The notes beneath the pieces were generated by a model. The model had not been told where the DNA came from, searched no databases, and worked only from the letters and a program-made list of their open reading frames with translations. From assembly GCA_964016885.1 (NCBI GenBank), contig OZ024762.1:19096001-19160000 (forward strand): 64,000 bases of DNA, in the 5' to 3' direction. The DNA is from Eledone cirrhosa (lineage: Eukaryota). The position numbers and the translations under genes are program-made. Positions within the stretch are counted from its first letter, which is position 1; every line of letters begins with the position of its first letter. Below are positions 13,940 through 31,758 of the stretch, piece by piece.

Positions 13940-14249
13940 GTCTCCGAATACGTATACACACTTCAACAGCATTCTAATAAATATTGTCTGTACAGGTAAT
14001 CAAAGTGTCCCCCCCCCAGTCCCCTCTCACCCCCCCATAGACCCCCTCCCCCCATAGACCCCCCTCTCTCTCCATTTCTATCACATTATTTATTTACTTA
14101 TTTATATATTTATAACCTTCATCAATCATCATAATGTTTTGCTTTTATTTTAAATTATTTATTTGGTTTGTTGTAACACTGACATCGATTTCACCAAGCG
14201 ACATCCGCCACCACCGCCATCACGGCATGACTATATATATATTTCTCCT

Positions 14250-14620
14250 TTTCTTTCTGGTACTCCGTCAGTTACGACGATGAGTGTTCCAGTGCTGTTG
14301 GTGTTGTTGGTCTTCGCGTTGTTCTTTTCTGCACTGATCCACATGGCGTAGGTGGTAGAAGTCTCGTCAAGACATTCCACTAGGTTGGATAGCTCCTCTT
14401 CCTTCCTTGCTAGACCTTCTATGTCGTCGGCAGAACATAAGTTCATAACAGTCCTGCCGCCAATGCTGACTGCCCCTTCATGATCTCCCAGTGTGTCTGT
14501 CATAATTCTCTCTAAGAAGATGTTGAAGAGAGTTGGAGAGAGCAAACAGCCTTGTCTTACTCCGACTGTGGTTCTGAACCAGTCCCCAGCCTTGTTGTTT
14601 AAATAGACAGCGCTGTTGGC
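14250..14620 (-). pseudogene. RTE-clade LINE reverse transcriptase fragment
   Basis: GDWFRTTVGVRQGCLLSPTLFNIFLERIM...SIGGRTVMNLCSADDI...ISAEK (RT motifs including ADD). Confidence 0.93.
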
Positions 14621-17600
14621 TCTAAGAAGATGTTTAAGAGAGTTGGAGAGAGCAAACAGCCTTGTCTTACTCCGACTGTGGTTCTGAACCAGTCCCCAAC
14701 CTTGTTGTTTAAATAGACAGCGCTGTTGGCTCTAAGAAGATGTTTAAGAGAGTTGGAGAGAGCAAACAGCCTTGTCTTACTCCGACTGTGGTTCTGAACC
14801 AGTCCCCAACCTTGTTGTTTAAATAGACAGCGCTGTTGGCTCTAAGAAGATGTTGAAGAGAGTTGGAGAGAGCAAACAGCCTTGTCTTACTCCGACTGTG
14901 GTTCTGAACCAGTCCCCAACCTTGTTGTTTAAATAGACAGCGCTGTTGGCTCTAAGAAGATGTTGAAGAGAGTTGGAGAGAGCAAACAGCCTTGTCTTAC
15001 TCCGACTCCTGTTCTGAACCAGTCCCCAAGCTTGTTGTTTAAATAGACAGCGCTGTTGGCTCTAAGAAGATGTTGAAGAGAGTTGGAGAGAGCAAACAGC
15101 CTTGTCTTACTCCGACTGTGGTTCTGAACCAGTCCCCAACCTTGTTGTTTAAATAGACAGCGCTGTTGGCTCTAAGAAGATGTTGAAGAGAGTTGGAGAG
15201 AGCAAACAGCCTTGTCTTACTCCGACTGTGGTTCTGAACCAGTCCCCAACCTTGTTGTTTAAATAGACAGCGCTGTTGGCTCTAAGAAGATGTTGAAGAG
15301 AGTTGGAGAGAGCAAACAGCCTTGTCTTACTCCGACTGTGGTTCTGAACCAGTCCCCAACCTTGTTGTTTAAATAGACAGCGCTGTTGGCTCTAAGAAGA
15401 TGTTGAAGAGAGTTGGAGAGAGTAAACAGCCTTGTCTTACTCCGACTGTGGTTCTGAACCAGTCCCCAACCTTGTTGTTTAAATAGACAGCGCTGTTGGC
15501 TCTAAGAAGATGTTGAAGAGAGTTGGAGAGAGCAAACAGCCTTGTCTTACTCCGACTCCTGTTCTGAACCAGTCCCCAAGCTTGTTGTTTAAATAGACAG
15601 CGCTGTTGGCTCTAAGAAGATGTTGAAGAGAGTTGGAGAGAGCAAACAGCCTTGTCTTACTCCGACTGTGGTTCTGAACCAGTCCCCAACCTTGTTGTTT
15701 AAATAGACAGCGCTGTTGGCTCTAAGAAGATGTTGAAGAGAGTTGGAGAGAGTAAACAGCCTTGTCTTACTCCGACTGTGGTTCTGAACCAGTCCCCAAC
15801 CTTGTTGTTTAAATAGACAGCGCTGTTGGCTCTAAGAAGATGTTGAAGAGAGTTGGAGAGAGCAAACAGCCTTGTCTTACTCCGACTGTGGTTCTGAACC
15901 AGTCCCCAACCTTGTTGTTTAAATAGACAGCGCTGTTGGCTCTAAGAAGATGTTGAAGAGAGTTGGAGAGAGCAAACAGCCTTGTCTTACTCCGACTCCT
16001 GTTCTGAACCAGTCCCCAAGCTTGTTGTTTAAATAGACAGCGCTGTTGGCTCTAAGAAGATGTTGAAGAGAGTTGGAGAGAGCAAACAGCCTTGTCTTAC
16101 TCCGACTGTGGTTCTGAACCAGTCCCCAACCTTGTTGTTTAAATAGACAGCGCTGTTGGCTCTAAGAAGATGTTTAAGAGAGTTGGAGAGAGCAAACAGC
16201 CTTGTCTTACTCCGACTGTGGTTCTGAACCAGTCCCCAACCTTGTTGTTTAAATAGACAGCGCTGTTGGCTCTAAGAAGATGTTGAAGAGAGTTGGAGAG
16301 AGCAAACAGCCTTGTCTTACTCCGACTGTGGTTCTGAACCAGTCCCCAACCTTGTTGTTTAAATAGACAGCGCTGTTGGCTCTAAGAAGATGTTGAAGAG
16401 AGTTGGAGAGAGTAAACAGCCTTGTCTTACTCCGACTGTGGTTCTGAACCAGTCCCCAACCTTGTTGTTTAAATAGACAGCGCTGTTGGCTCTAAGAAGA
16501 TGTTGAAGAGAGTTGGAGAGAGCAAACAGCCTTGTCTTACTCCGACTCCTGTTCTGAACCAGTCCCCAAGCTTGTTGTTTAAATAGACAGCGCTGTTGGC
16601 TCTAAGAAGATGTTGAAGAGAGTTGGAGATAGCAAACAGCCTTGTCTTACTCCGACTGTGGTTCTGAACCAGTCCCCAACCTTGTTGTTTAAATAGACAG
16701 CGCTGTTGGCTCTAAGAAGATGTTGAAGAGAGTTGGAGAGAGCAAACAGCCTTGTCTTACTCCGACTCCTGTTCTGAACCAGTCCCCAAGCTTGTTGTTT
16801 AAATAGACAGCGCTGTTGGCTCTAAGAAGATGTTGAAGAGAGTTGGAGAGAGCAAACAGCCTTGTCTTACTCCGACTGTGGTTCTGAACCAGTCCCCAAC
16901 CTTGTTGTTTAAATAGACAGCGCTGTTGGCTCTAAGAAGATGTTGAAGAGAGTTGGAGATAGCAAACAGCCTTGTCTTACTCCGACTGTGGTTCTGAACC
17001 AGTCCCCAACCTTGTTGTTTAAATAGACAGCGCTGTTGGCTCTAAGAAGATGTTGAAGAGAGTTGGAGAGAGCAAACAGCCTTGTCTTACTCCGACTGTG
17101 GTTCTGAACCAGTCCCCAACCTTGTTGTTTAAATAGACAGCGCTGTTGGCTCTAAGAAGATGTTGAAGAGAGTTGGAGAGAGTAAACAGCCTTGTCTTAC
17201 TCCGACTGTGGTTCTGAACCAGTCCCCAACCTTGTTGTTTAAATAGACAGCGCTGTTGGCTCTAAGAAGATGTTGAAGAGAGTTGGAGAGAGCAAACAGC
17301 CTTGTCTTACTCCGACTGTGGTTCTGAACCAGTCCCCAACCTTGTTGTTTAAATAGACAGCGCTGTTGGCTCTAAGAAGATGTTGAAGAGAGTTGGAGAG
17401 AGCAAACAGCCTTGTCTTACTCCGACTGTGGTTCTGAACCAGTCCCCAACCTTGTTGTTTAAATAGACAGCGCTGTTGGCTCTAAGAAGATGTTGAAGAG
17501 AGTTGGAGAGAGTAAACAGCCTTGTCTTACTCCGACTGTGGTTCTGAACCAGTCCCCAACCTTGTTGTTTAAATAGACAGCGCTGTTGGCTCTAAGAAGA

Positions 17601-17707
17601 TGTTGAAGAGAGTTGGAGAGAGCAAACAGCCTTGTCTTACTCCGACTCCTGTTCTGAACCAGTCCCCAAAGTTGTTGTTTAGACAGACAGCGCTGTTGGC
17701 TCTAAGA
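14511..17707 (-). repeat. 110-bp tandem array (29 units) amplified from the RT GVRQG motif region
   Basis: TCTAAGA every 110 bp from 14511 to 17701; unit encodes ANSAVYLNNKVGDWFRTTVGVRQGCLLSPTLFNIFL on minus. Confidence 0.97.
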
Positions 17708-17819
17708 CTGAGTTCATGGTGTTGGCCCTTCTCCTGTCTGTCAAATCTTGTTACAGATGGCCTTTAGGGCGCTTATCATGGCTTCTTCCCCTGCCTGCAC
17801 CACCTCCACTGGGATGTTT

Positions 17820-18005
17820 TCCGGTCATATCTATATTCTTGTATGTCTGTAAATCTTGGACAATAACAGCAGATCTGGAAAGAAGAATACAGGCTATGGA
17901 GATGAGATGCTTCAGAAATCTCCTTGACCTCACCTACAAAGACCGCATCTCCAATGAGGAGGTGCGTAACAGAATTTGGAAAGCCATCGGCCCCGCGAAG
18001 ACCTA
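17820..18005 (+). pseudogene. RTE LINE C-terminal ORF fragment (opposite strand to the RT fragment)
   Basis: VISIFLYVCKSWTITADLERRIQAMEMRCFRNLLDLTYKDRISNEEVRNRI. Confidence 0.85.
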
Positions 18006-18048
18006 ATCGTCCTTTTATATCATTACACTCACTCACTCTCATACATAC

Positions 18049-18109
<61 letters not shown>

Positions 18110-18111
<2 letters not shown>

Positions 18112-18350
18112 ACGGCGGGTAAAATTCAAGAGATCCATGGACGAGTTCTCTCCAGCGGTCTCTGTCCCTCATTATCGGTGCCATGTCCTGCGTCTCCAAC
18201 AGACCAGTGCCTGTCCTTAGGGCATCAACATACGTTAACCTTGGTCTTCATCTTCCAGTGTGTCCATGTTGGGGATCCCACAGGAGCACTGAGTGCAATG
18301 TCCACTCTGGATGTCGATGAGCATGTCCAGCTAACCCCAGTCTCCTCTGT
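18110..18350 (-). mobile_element. RTE LINE 3' end fragment
   Basis: Homologous to 54370-54576 (LLWEPLHG..RRGRPRLTYVDAL..DTG..M.DRDRWRELV). Confidence 0.8.
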
Positions 18351-18548
18351 GTCATATATATATATATACAAGCGTGAAACTGTTTTGGGATCTGTGTTTG
18401 ACATGTTTATTCTTGAACAATATATATGTATGCATATATATATATATATATATATATACTTTTTTTCTCAATATATTTTATACTTATGTAGGCGAGTGTG
18501 TTTATACCTATCTGTCTATTTCGTATGTGTGTATGTATGTATGTGCAC

Positions 18549-19030
18549 TGTCAGGTCACCAGTTGGTGCTACTGGTAACATGTATCCCAGTACAACCTGT
18601 CTCATGGTCGGGTCGTTGGCGACTAAACTGGCAACCCCACCAAGGTTTCTTCGTGAGGAGGGTGACTTTGGACATCCTGCAGGACTAAAAACAAAACCTG
18701 TCAAAAGGCAAAGGAGCTCTTAAGAGTCAATGGCCATCCAAAATCACCGGGAGAGATGACCCCTGAGCCTTTGTCAAGGCAGAATTCTAGGAGTAGGAAA
18801 ACTCTGATATAACACCTGCAACTCTGATGGTATCCAATGATGTTGACTTGTTCTTCTTTTCGGTAAATATCATCTTGCTTAAGAGAGTGGGGCTCGCTTT
18901 GTGCAGTGCCTTTGCTCACTATAAAAGCTTCACGGCACAGGCATTGCTTTATATCTGGAGATCTCTCTGCACTTGTCGTCACATGGTACCATGGGCCCAG
19001 CACTATGTGTCAATAATTGTCACAAGTGTA
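18549..19030 (+). mobile_element. Dispersed ~480-bp repeat, probable retroelement 5' region
   Basis: Near-identical copy 59818-60297; diverged 5' copy 49850-50040. Confidence 0.8.
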
Positions 19031-19415
19031 TTGTTTGTACCAGAGTTTTCAAGTCGCTGGCTGGACTAAAAAGTCACACTCGTTCAGTACATCGGTAGGG
19101 GTTCTCCTACATGAATATAAAGAAGTGGCCGTACTCGAAAACGAGTTGGCAGCCACCATGTATGTGCACACGTATTTGTCGTGTATATATATATATATAT
19201 ATATATACTTTTCTTCCTTACATCTGAATGCGTGTATAGGTGTATGTATGTATGTATGTACACATGTGCTTCCTAATTTTTATGATTTTATAATTTTCTA
19301 TATAATTTTTATATAATAATTTTTATTGTATATTTTCCGTTAATTTTCCAGCCTCACTTTCAATTTTAATAGATTTTTAATCACATTTCGTATTTTTCGT
19401 ATTTCCATATATTTC

Positions 19416-19492
19416 ATAATCCCATATCTGATGAGTAAATTAGTCGCATATTAATATTGTCTAGGGTCCTGAAACCTTTGGTAATGGATTAT
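19416..19492 (+). ncRNA. Degenerate type I hammerhead motif
   Basis: ATAATCCCAT at-CTGATGA...GAAA-CC ttt GG-TA-ATGGATTAT; stem II poorly paired; (TA)n follows at ~19520. Confidence 0.55.
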
Positions 19493-19516
19493 ATATTGTG
19501 TTGTTCACTTTCAAAT

Positions 19517-19563
<47 letters not shown>

Positions 19564-19740
19564 CAATAACAGAGATAGCTTAACGCTAAACTCCGACTGG
19601 TAACCATCTCACTTAACAAACATTAGGTTATATGTTAGTATAACCCAATTTAAGTGTTTGGGGTGCTAACTATATGTATTTTGTGGAAAACCAGTTGTAT
19701 TATTTTATGAGATATAATTAAAGTTAAAATATATCTCTCT

Positions 19741-19865
19741 TTCCAAACAATTGTTTCATTATAAGTTTTCTACAAATTGGGAGAATATTTCCAGTTTATG
19801 TAGAAGGCTAACATATATTCATGTAAGAATATATTTAGATGGGCACTTATAAATCTTCAGTGGAA
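19741..19865 (-). ncRNA. Type I hammerhead ribozyme with branched ~96-nt stem II domain (element ~19563-19922)
   Basis: Minus: TTCCA-CTGAAGA-t TTATAAGT[two hairpins]ACTTATAA t-GAAA-CAATTG-TT-TGGAA. Confidence 0.8.
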
Positions 19866-19945
19866 GCCCATTAAACTTTGATATAAGAAAAAATTCTTAC
19901 CGCAGTTAAAAATCGTGTCTGCTAATATATATATATATATAAATA

Positions 19946-20049
<104 letters not shown>

Positions 20050-20131
20050 TTCAGTAGAAGCAGTCAGATGTTATACGCTTTTCTTACTATGAAGATGTTC
20101 ACATCTCGTTTTGTTTTTTTTATTTTTGTTT

Positions 20132-20188
<57 letters not shown>

Positions 20189-20542
20189 ACAAACTTAATT
20201 TTCGCAATACTGTGTTTGATATTTAATCATATGTGTAGCTAAGGGCAACACGACTGTATTAAAATTTATCGCTTGTTTCAAACTTTATTTATCGATATCA
20301 CCTGGTTTTTTTTTTTTTTTTTTTTTACGTCGTTTTATCTTGCGTCGCTTGTTGTTGTTGTTGTTTTGTTTGTTTCTTGTTCTTGTTTGTTCTGTAATCA
20401 CCTACGCGAGAAGTATCTATTGGTTTAATCAGCTTGAGAAAAAGAGAAAAAAAACATGTTTCTCAAACATTTCATGACGACCAGATATATAATTAAGTCA
20501 ATAATAATAATAATAATAATAATAGTAATAATAATAGTAATA

Positions 20543-20795
20543 ATGATTTCTTTATTAACCACAAGGGTTTACATAAAGTAGACATTAAGGACAGTGCAGG
20601 ACAATACAGGACGGTACAAATGGGCATTTCTGCGTGTAAAAAACAAAAACAGAGGATGTAACAAAAAAATAACAATGAAAAATTCCCCAATAGGGGGAGA
20701 CTTCGGCGGGACATTTGTGGAGAAAGGCCACAGTGACCCTGACCACCAAGGCAAGTGCCCTCTCCCAGTTTTCCACCTTTAATTTACAGATATAT
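20543..20795 (-). mobile_element. 3' end of a non-LTR element in (TAA)n (probably L1/Tx1-like)
   Basis: Minus ends CCTTGTGGTTAATAAAGAAATC-(ATT)n; near-identical copy 47495-47735; partials ~29670 and ~37385. Confidence 0.7.
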
Positions 20796-20886
20796 GTAAA
20801 TTAAAAGTAATAATAGTAATAATAATACAAATAATAATAAAAATAATAATGTCGAGATTACTCGGAGGAATCATATATATATATAT

Positions 20887-21030
20887 TCAGGTCTCGCTGT
20901 CGAAACGGCCGGAGCTCTGCCGTCGGGGTCCTGACTCTTTTCCTATTATCCACTCTACTACCCTAAGTATCGAGTACTCTGGTGCGTTGTGGTCCACCTG
21001 GTTCCTTACTACACTACACTTCCTTCGTTA
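20887..21030 (+). mobile_element. Family B element, non-inverted, 5'-truncated
   Basis: GAAACGGC...GCCGTC GGGGTC plus full tail to TTCCTTCGTTA. Confidence 0.8.
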
Positions 21031-21072
21031 TTCATGTGCGTGTGTGTCTGTTTATATATATATATATATATA

Positions 21073-21190
21073 GGCGTGTGGCTGATTGGTTAGAGAACTA
21101 GATTCGCAATCTTGAGGTTGTCAGTTCGATTCCTGAACCGGGTGATGCGTTATGTCCTTGAGCAAGACACTTTATTTCACGTTGCTCCTT
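21073..21190 (+). mobile_element. tRNA-derived CORE-type SINE
   Basis: TGGCTGATTGGTTAGAG A box, AGTTCGATTCC B box, GTCCTTGAGCAAGACACT core-like motif; relatives at 32625-32720, 33500-33900, 40930-41340. Confidence 0.8.
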
Positions 21191-21292
21191 CTACCTGGAG
21201 TTGCGACCGATAGATAGTATTAGGCAATTGGAAAGACCAACGGAAACATTGTTTCCTCGGTCCGATATGACGAAAGTCGATCGACAAAAATA

Positions 21293-21363
<71 letters not shown>

Positions 21364-21900
21364 GAAAAAGCGAGGAAGTTTCGTTTACATATGAAAAATA
21401 TTTATTGCGTATTGACCTGTTACGTGCATTTCGCTGAGGATTGGCTCAAGGTAACCCATAGGAGTTATGGACAAAAGATATATTTTTGTTGTGGTATGTG
21501 GACCGAGAAGTTACATATATTTATATAGACATTAGCCCTATTTTGTGGGGTGTGGGCGTATGTATACATTTTGGTGTAATTGGTGGAGCGGCAATGCGGG
21601 TGTATATACACCTGTATTCGTGTGCGTATTTACGTGAGCACGCAAGGATTGGGGTGTGAGGATGGGGGGTGGCGTTTTGGAATGTGCATTCGTCAGTCAG
21701 ACCTGTTTTTGTGTAAACAGGTTTAAAGCTAATTCTTTAAAGCTATATTATTAACAAAGGCGATAGCTTTAAAGAATTAGTTTTAAATGAATCCCCTTTC
21801 TGTAAATCCTTCAACCAATGACCTCCACCCATCCCAATCCCAACCCTGTCCTACCACCATATAAGGAAAGACATAAATACTACCATTTACTTGGACAGCC

Positions 21901-21951
21901 AGCTTCCTGATGATTTCTCACGAATGAAACAGTTCTAGTCCTGTAGAAGCT
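21901..21951 (+). ncRNA. Type I hammerhead ribozyme (family A)
   Basis: AGCTTC-CTGATGA-tTTC tcac GAAt-GAAACAG ttctagtc CTGTA-GAAGCT. Confidence 0.87.
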
Positions 21952-22018
21952 CTTCTATATTAAAAATGAAAATATATATACATGTATATGTGTGTGTGTG
22001 TGTGTGAATAGATACATT

Positions 22019-22050
<32 letters not shown>

Positions 22051-22459
22051 CACGCACATACACAAAACACATACATATATGTAATACACAGGTGGACATA
22101 TCTTCCTTTTACATGATGTTATTTCTGTTCTTTCTTCTTTTGTTTTAGGGCAACGGAACTCTCAGAAAATTAAAATGATATATCGTAATAGATAAATGAA
22201 AATAGAGTTGATGTGTGATGTGTGTTAGGTGAGATAGAGATATAAATACCAAGTAAACACTTTGTTGTCGATCAATATAATATATATGTAAGGAAACCAG
22301 GCGTATAATCAACACATCGTTTGATAAACTGCAAATATTTATCAAATTTAATAAGAATCTAAAGGTATTCAGCAATAAAATCTATACATTAAACTACAAT
22401 AAAACATAGATTAGTAAATGTGATATTTTTAATGAGCGATGTTTTAATTTTTTTTTATA

Positions 22460-27848
<5,389 letters not shown>

Positions 27849-28038
27849 TTTGTATTAATATTTCCTATTGAAATATTAAAGAGCGATGTTTCTCTCAGAA
27901 GACTTAGAAAACCAGATTAAATACTTTCACGGTTTATATATATTCACCCATTACGTTCCTAATGATAAACTGACAGTCGTAAGTAGTGGTCGTGGAGCGG
28001 GGTGTTCTACTTCACTCTACACTGAGCTCAAATCATAT

Positions 28039-30380
28039 TTGTTTCTACTTTAGGCACAAGGCCAGCAATAACCCAGTTCATTACTGGTACTTTATTTTAT
28101 CGACCCCGTAAGGATGAAAGGCAAAGTCAACCTCGGCGGGATTTGAACTCAGATCGTAAAGGGATGAGCTCAAATCATATTGATGTCAACTTTGCTTTTC
28201 CTTCTTTCGGTCTCGATAAATAAAGATTGTTCTCTCAGATGGATGAACTACGTAATAACAATTGTTTCTCCTGTTGGCACAAGGCGAGCAAATTACCCCG
28301 GTGTATTACTGGTACTTTTTTTATAGGCAAAGTTAACCTCGGCGGGATTTGATCTCAAACTATAAAGGGCAGTAACTCTTTGCTGCAAAGCATGGCGTCA
28401 GACCCTCTACCGATACTGCCAATCCACCGCCCAACTACATAAAAATAATTGTTTCTACTTTTGGCACAAGGCGAGCAAATTACCCCGGTGTATTACTGGT
28501 ACTTTTTTTATAGGCAAAGTTAACCTCGGCGGGATTTGATCTCAAACTATAAAGGGCAGTAACTCTTTGCTGCAAAGCATGGCGTCAGACCCTCTACCGA
28601 TACTGCCAATCCACCGCCCAACTACATAAAAATAATTGTTTCTACTTTTGGCACAAGGTGAGCAAATTACCCCGGTGTATTACTGGTACTTTTTTATAGG
28701 CAAAGTTAACCTCGGCGGGATTTGATCTCAAACTATAAAGGGCAGTAACTCTTTGCTGCAAACATGGCGTCAGACCCTCTGCCGATACTGCCAATCCACC
28801 GCCCAACTACATAAAAATAATTGTTCTACTATTGGCACAAGGCCAGCAATTTGAAGAGGAGGGGAAAGTCGATTAAATCGACCCTAGTGCATTACAGGTA
28901 CACAGGTACTTTATTTTATCGACCCCGTAAGTATGCAAAGCAATGCTAACCTCGGCTGGATTTTATCTCAGACGGTAAAGGGCTGTAACTCTATTCTGCA
29001 AAGCGTGTTGTCCGACGCTCTACCGATACTACCAGTCCACGACTCGTGTAATAATTATTTATGATTTAGGCACGAGGTGAACAATTTGAGGGAGAGGAAA
29101 ATCGATTAAATCGAGCCTCGTGCGTTACTGGTACTTTATTTTATCAACCCAGTCAGGATGGAAAGCAAAGCTCACCTCAGCGAGATTTGAGCTCAGAATG
29201 TAAAGGGACGTAACTATAAGCCGCAAATCATGGCCAACACTCGACCGATACTAACAATCCATAATACAGTACAATGAAGATATATATTAGTTTAAAGCTT
29301 GATGTAATAGGAAATGAGTCGTAAACTTTCGGGCGTTAACTCTTCATCAGAATATAAAATGTTTACTGATTTAGGCACAAGGAGTACAATTTTGGGGGAG
29401 GAGAAACTCGATTAAACCGACACCAGTGCGTAACTGGTACTTTATTTCATCGACCTCCTAACCTCCACGGGATTTGAACTCGTATAATAATAATAATTGT
29501 TTCTACTTTAGGCACAGTACATTACCCAGTACATTACTGGTACTTTATTTTATCGACCCGTAAGGATGAAAGGCAAAGTTAACCTCGGCGGGATTTGAAC
29601 TCAGAATGGCAAGGGCCGTAACTCTATGCGTCAAAGCATGGCGTCCGACCCTCTACCGATACTGCCAAATGATTTCTTTATTGGCCACAAGGGCTGACAT
29701 CAAGAAAAAACATTACAGACGGCACAGGACGGTACAGGACAGTACGATATAATAATAATAATTGTTTATACTTTAGGCACAAGGCCAGCAATTACCCAGT
29801 GCATTACTGGTACTTTATTTTATCGACTCCGTAAGGATGAAAGGCAAAGTCAACCTCGGCGGGATTTGAACTCAGATTGTAATAATTGTTTATACTTTCG
29901 ACACAAGGCCAGCAATTACTCCAGTACATTACTGGTACGACCTCGTAAGGATGAAAGGCAAAGTTAACCTCGGCGGGATTTGAACTCAGATCGTAAAGGG
30001 ACGTAATTATGCTGGAAAGCATGGCGTCCGACCCTCTACCACCCTACGATATAACAATAATAATGCTTGTGGCAGCAGCATCAGTAGTAGTAGAACATTC
30101 GAAAGAGAGAGGGAATTTTAAAACTTGGCGGAGCTCATTTGCTATCTAGGCCTGAGCACAACAGATTTCTTTTGGAGAAAGATTGAGACATTGAGTGGAA
30201 GTGACAAAGAGATATAGAGAAAGAATCCACCCAGTACATTACTGGTACTTTTATTTATCGACCTTGAAAGGATGAAAGGCAAAGTTGACCTCGGTGGGAT
30301 TTGAACTCAGATCATAAAGGGCCGTAACTAACTCTATGCTGTAAAGCATGGCGTCCGATACTGCCTATCCACCGCCCTTA
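28039..30380 (-). mobile_element. Dense cluster of S1 SINE copies including a 3 x 187-bp tandem triplication (~28260-28820)
   Basis: More than 10 co-oriented S1 matches; units start ~28260, 28447, 28634. Confidence 0.88.
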
Positions 30381-30561
30381 GTACCAATAGTATCGATAAT
30401 AGAGAGACTCCTGTTTCCTAGTATCGATATAGCGATTAGTACCTTCCTTTCCTTATCTCCTCAGGTGAACCAATCAAAAAACTAATTTATTCTTAGTTTG
30501 CCAAAAGGGAAAAAAAATACAAAGAAAACAGTCAAACTAAACAATGGAGTCAGACAAACTA

Positions 30562-31758
30562 AGTTGTTGCTATTGGTGGTGGTGGTGGTGGTGGTGTGGT
30601 GGTGTTGTGGTGGTGGTGTGTGGTGGTGGTGGTGTGTGGTGGTGGTGGTTGTGTGGTGGTGGTGGTGGTGGTGTTTTGTTGGTGGTGGTGGTGGTGGTTG
30701 TGTGGTGGTGTTGTGGTGGTGGTGGTGTGGTTGTGTGGTGGTGGTGGTGTTGTGGTGGTGGTGGTGTGGTGGGGGTGGGGGTGTTGTTGCTATTGGTGGT
30801 GGTGGTGGTGGTGGTGTGGTGGTGTTGTGGTGGTGGTGTGGTGGTGGTGGTGGTGTGTGGTGGTGGTGGTTGTGTGGTGGTGGTGGTGGTGGTGTTTTGT
30901 TGGTGGTGGTGGTGGTGGTTGTGTGGTGGTGTTGTGGTGGTGGTGTTGTGGTGGTGGTGGTGTGGTGGTGGTGGTGGTGGTGGTTGTGTGGTGGTGGTGG
31001 TGGTGGTGTTTTGTTGGTGGTGGTGGTGGTGGTTGTGTGGTGGTGTTGTGGTGTGGTTGTGTGGTGGTGGTGGTGTTGTGGTGGTTGTGTGGTGGTGGTG
31101 GTGGTTGTGTGGTGGTGGTGGTGGTTGTGTGGTGGTGGTGGTGGTTGTGTGGTGTGGTGGTGGTTGTGTGGTGTGGTGGTGGTTGTGTGGTGGTGGTGGT
31201 GGTTGTGTGGTGGTGGTGGTGGTTGTGTGGTGGTGGTGGTGGTTGTGTGGTGTGGTGGTGGTTGTGTGGTGGTGGTGGTGGTTGTGTGGTGTTTTGTTGT
31301 TGGTGGTGGTGTTGTGGTTGTGTGGTGGTGGTGGTGTTTTGTTGTTGTTGGTGGTGGTGGTGGTTGTGTTGTGGTGGTTGTGTGGTGGTGGTGGTGGTGT
31401 GGTGGTGGTGGTGTTTTGTTGGTGGTGGTTGTGTGGTGGTGTTGTTGTGGTGGTGGTGGTGTTGTGGTGGTGGTGTTTTGTTGTTGTTGGTGGTGGTGTT
31501 TTGTTGGTGGTGGTGTGTTGGTGTTGGTGTCGGTGTTGTTTTGGTGGCGGTGGTGTTGTGTTGGTGGTGGTGTGTTGGTGTTGGTGTTGTTTTGGTGGCG
31601 GTGGTGTTGTTTTGGTGGTGGTGTGGTGCTTTGTTGGTGTTGTGGTGGTGGTGCTGTTGTTTTGTTGCTGTGGTGTTGTTGTTTTGGTGGTGTTGGTGTT
31701 TTGTTGGAGGTGTTGTTGGTGTTGTAGTTGTTGGTGGTGGTGGTGGTGTTTTGTTGTT
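30562..31758. repeat. (GGT/GTT)n low-complexity tract
   Basis: Direct inspection. Confidence 0.97.

Noticed and set aside
14511-17707. CRISPR-like regular array
   Set aside because: Head-to-tail units with no unique spacers; the unit is LINE RT sequence; eukaryotic context.
29318-29352. Minus CTGATGA..GAAAG motif (relative at 60605-60640 with CCGATGA)
   Set aside because: Probably decayed PLE-type HHRs, but stems I and III are too mismatched to call.
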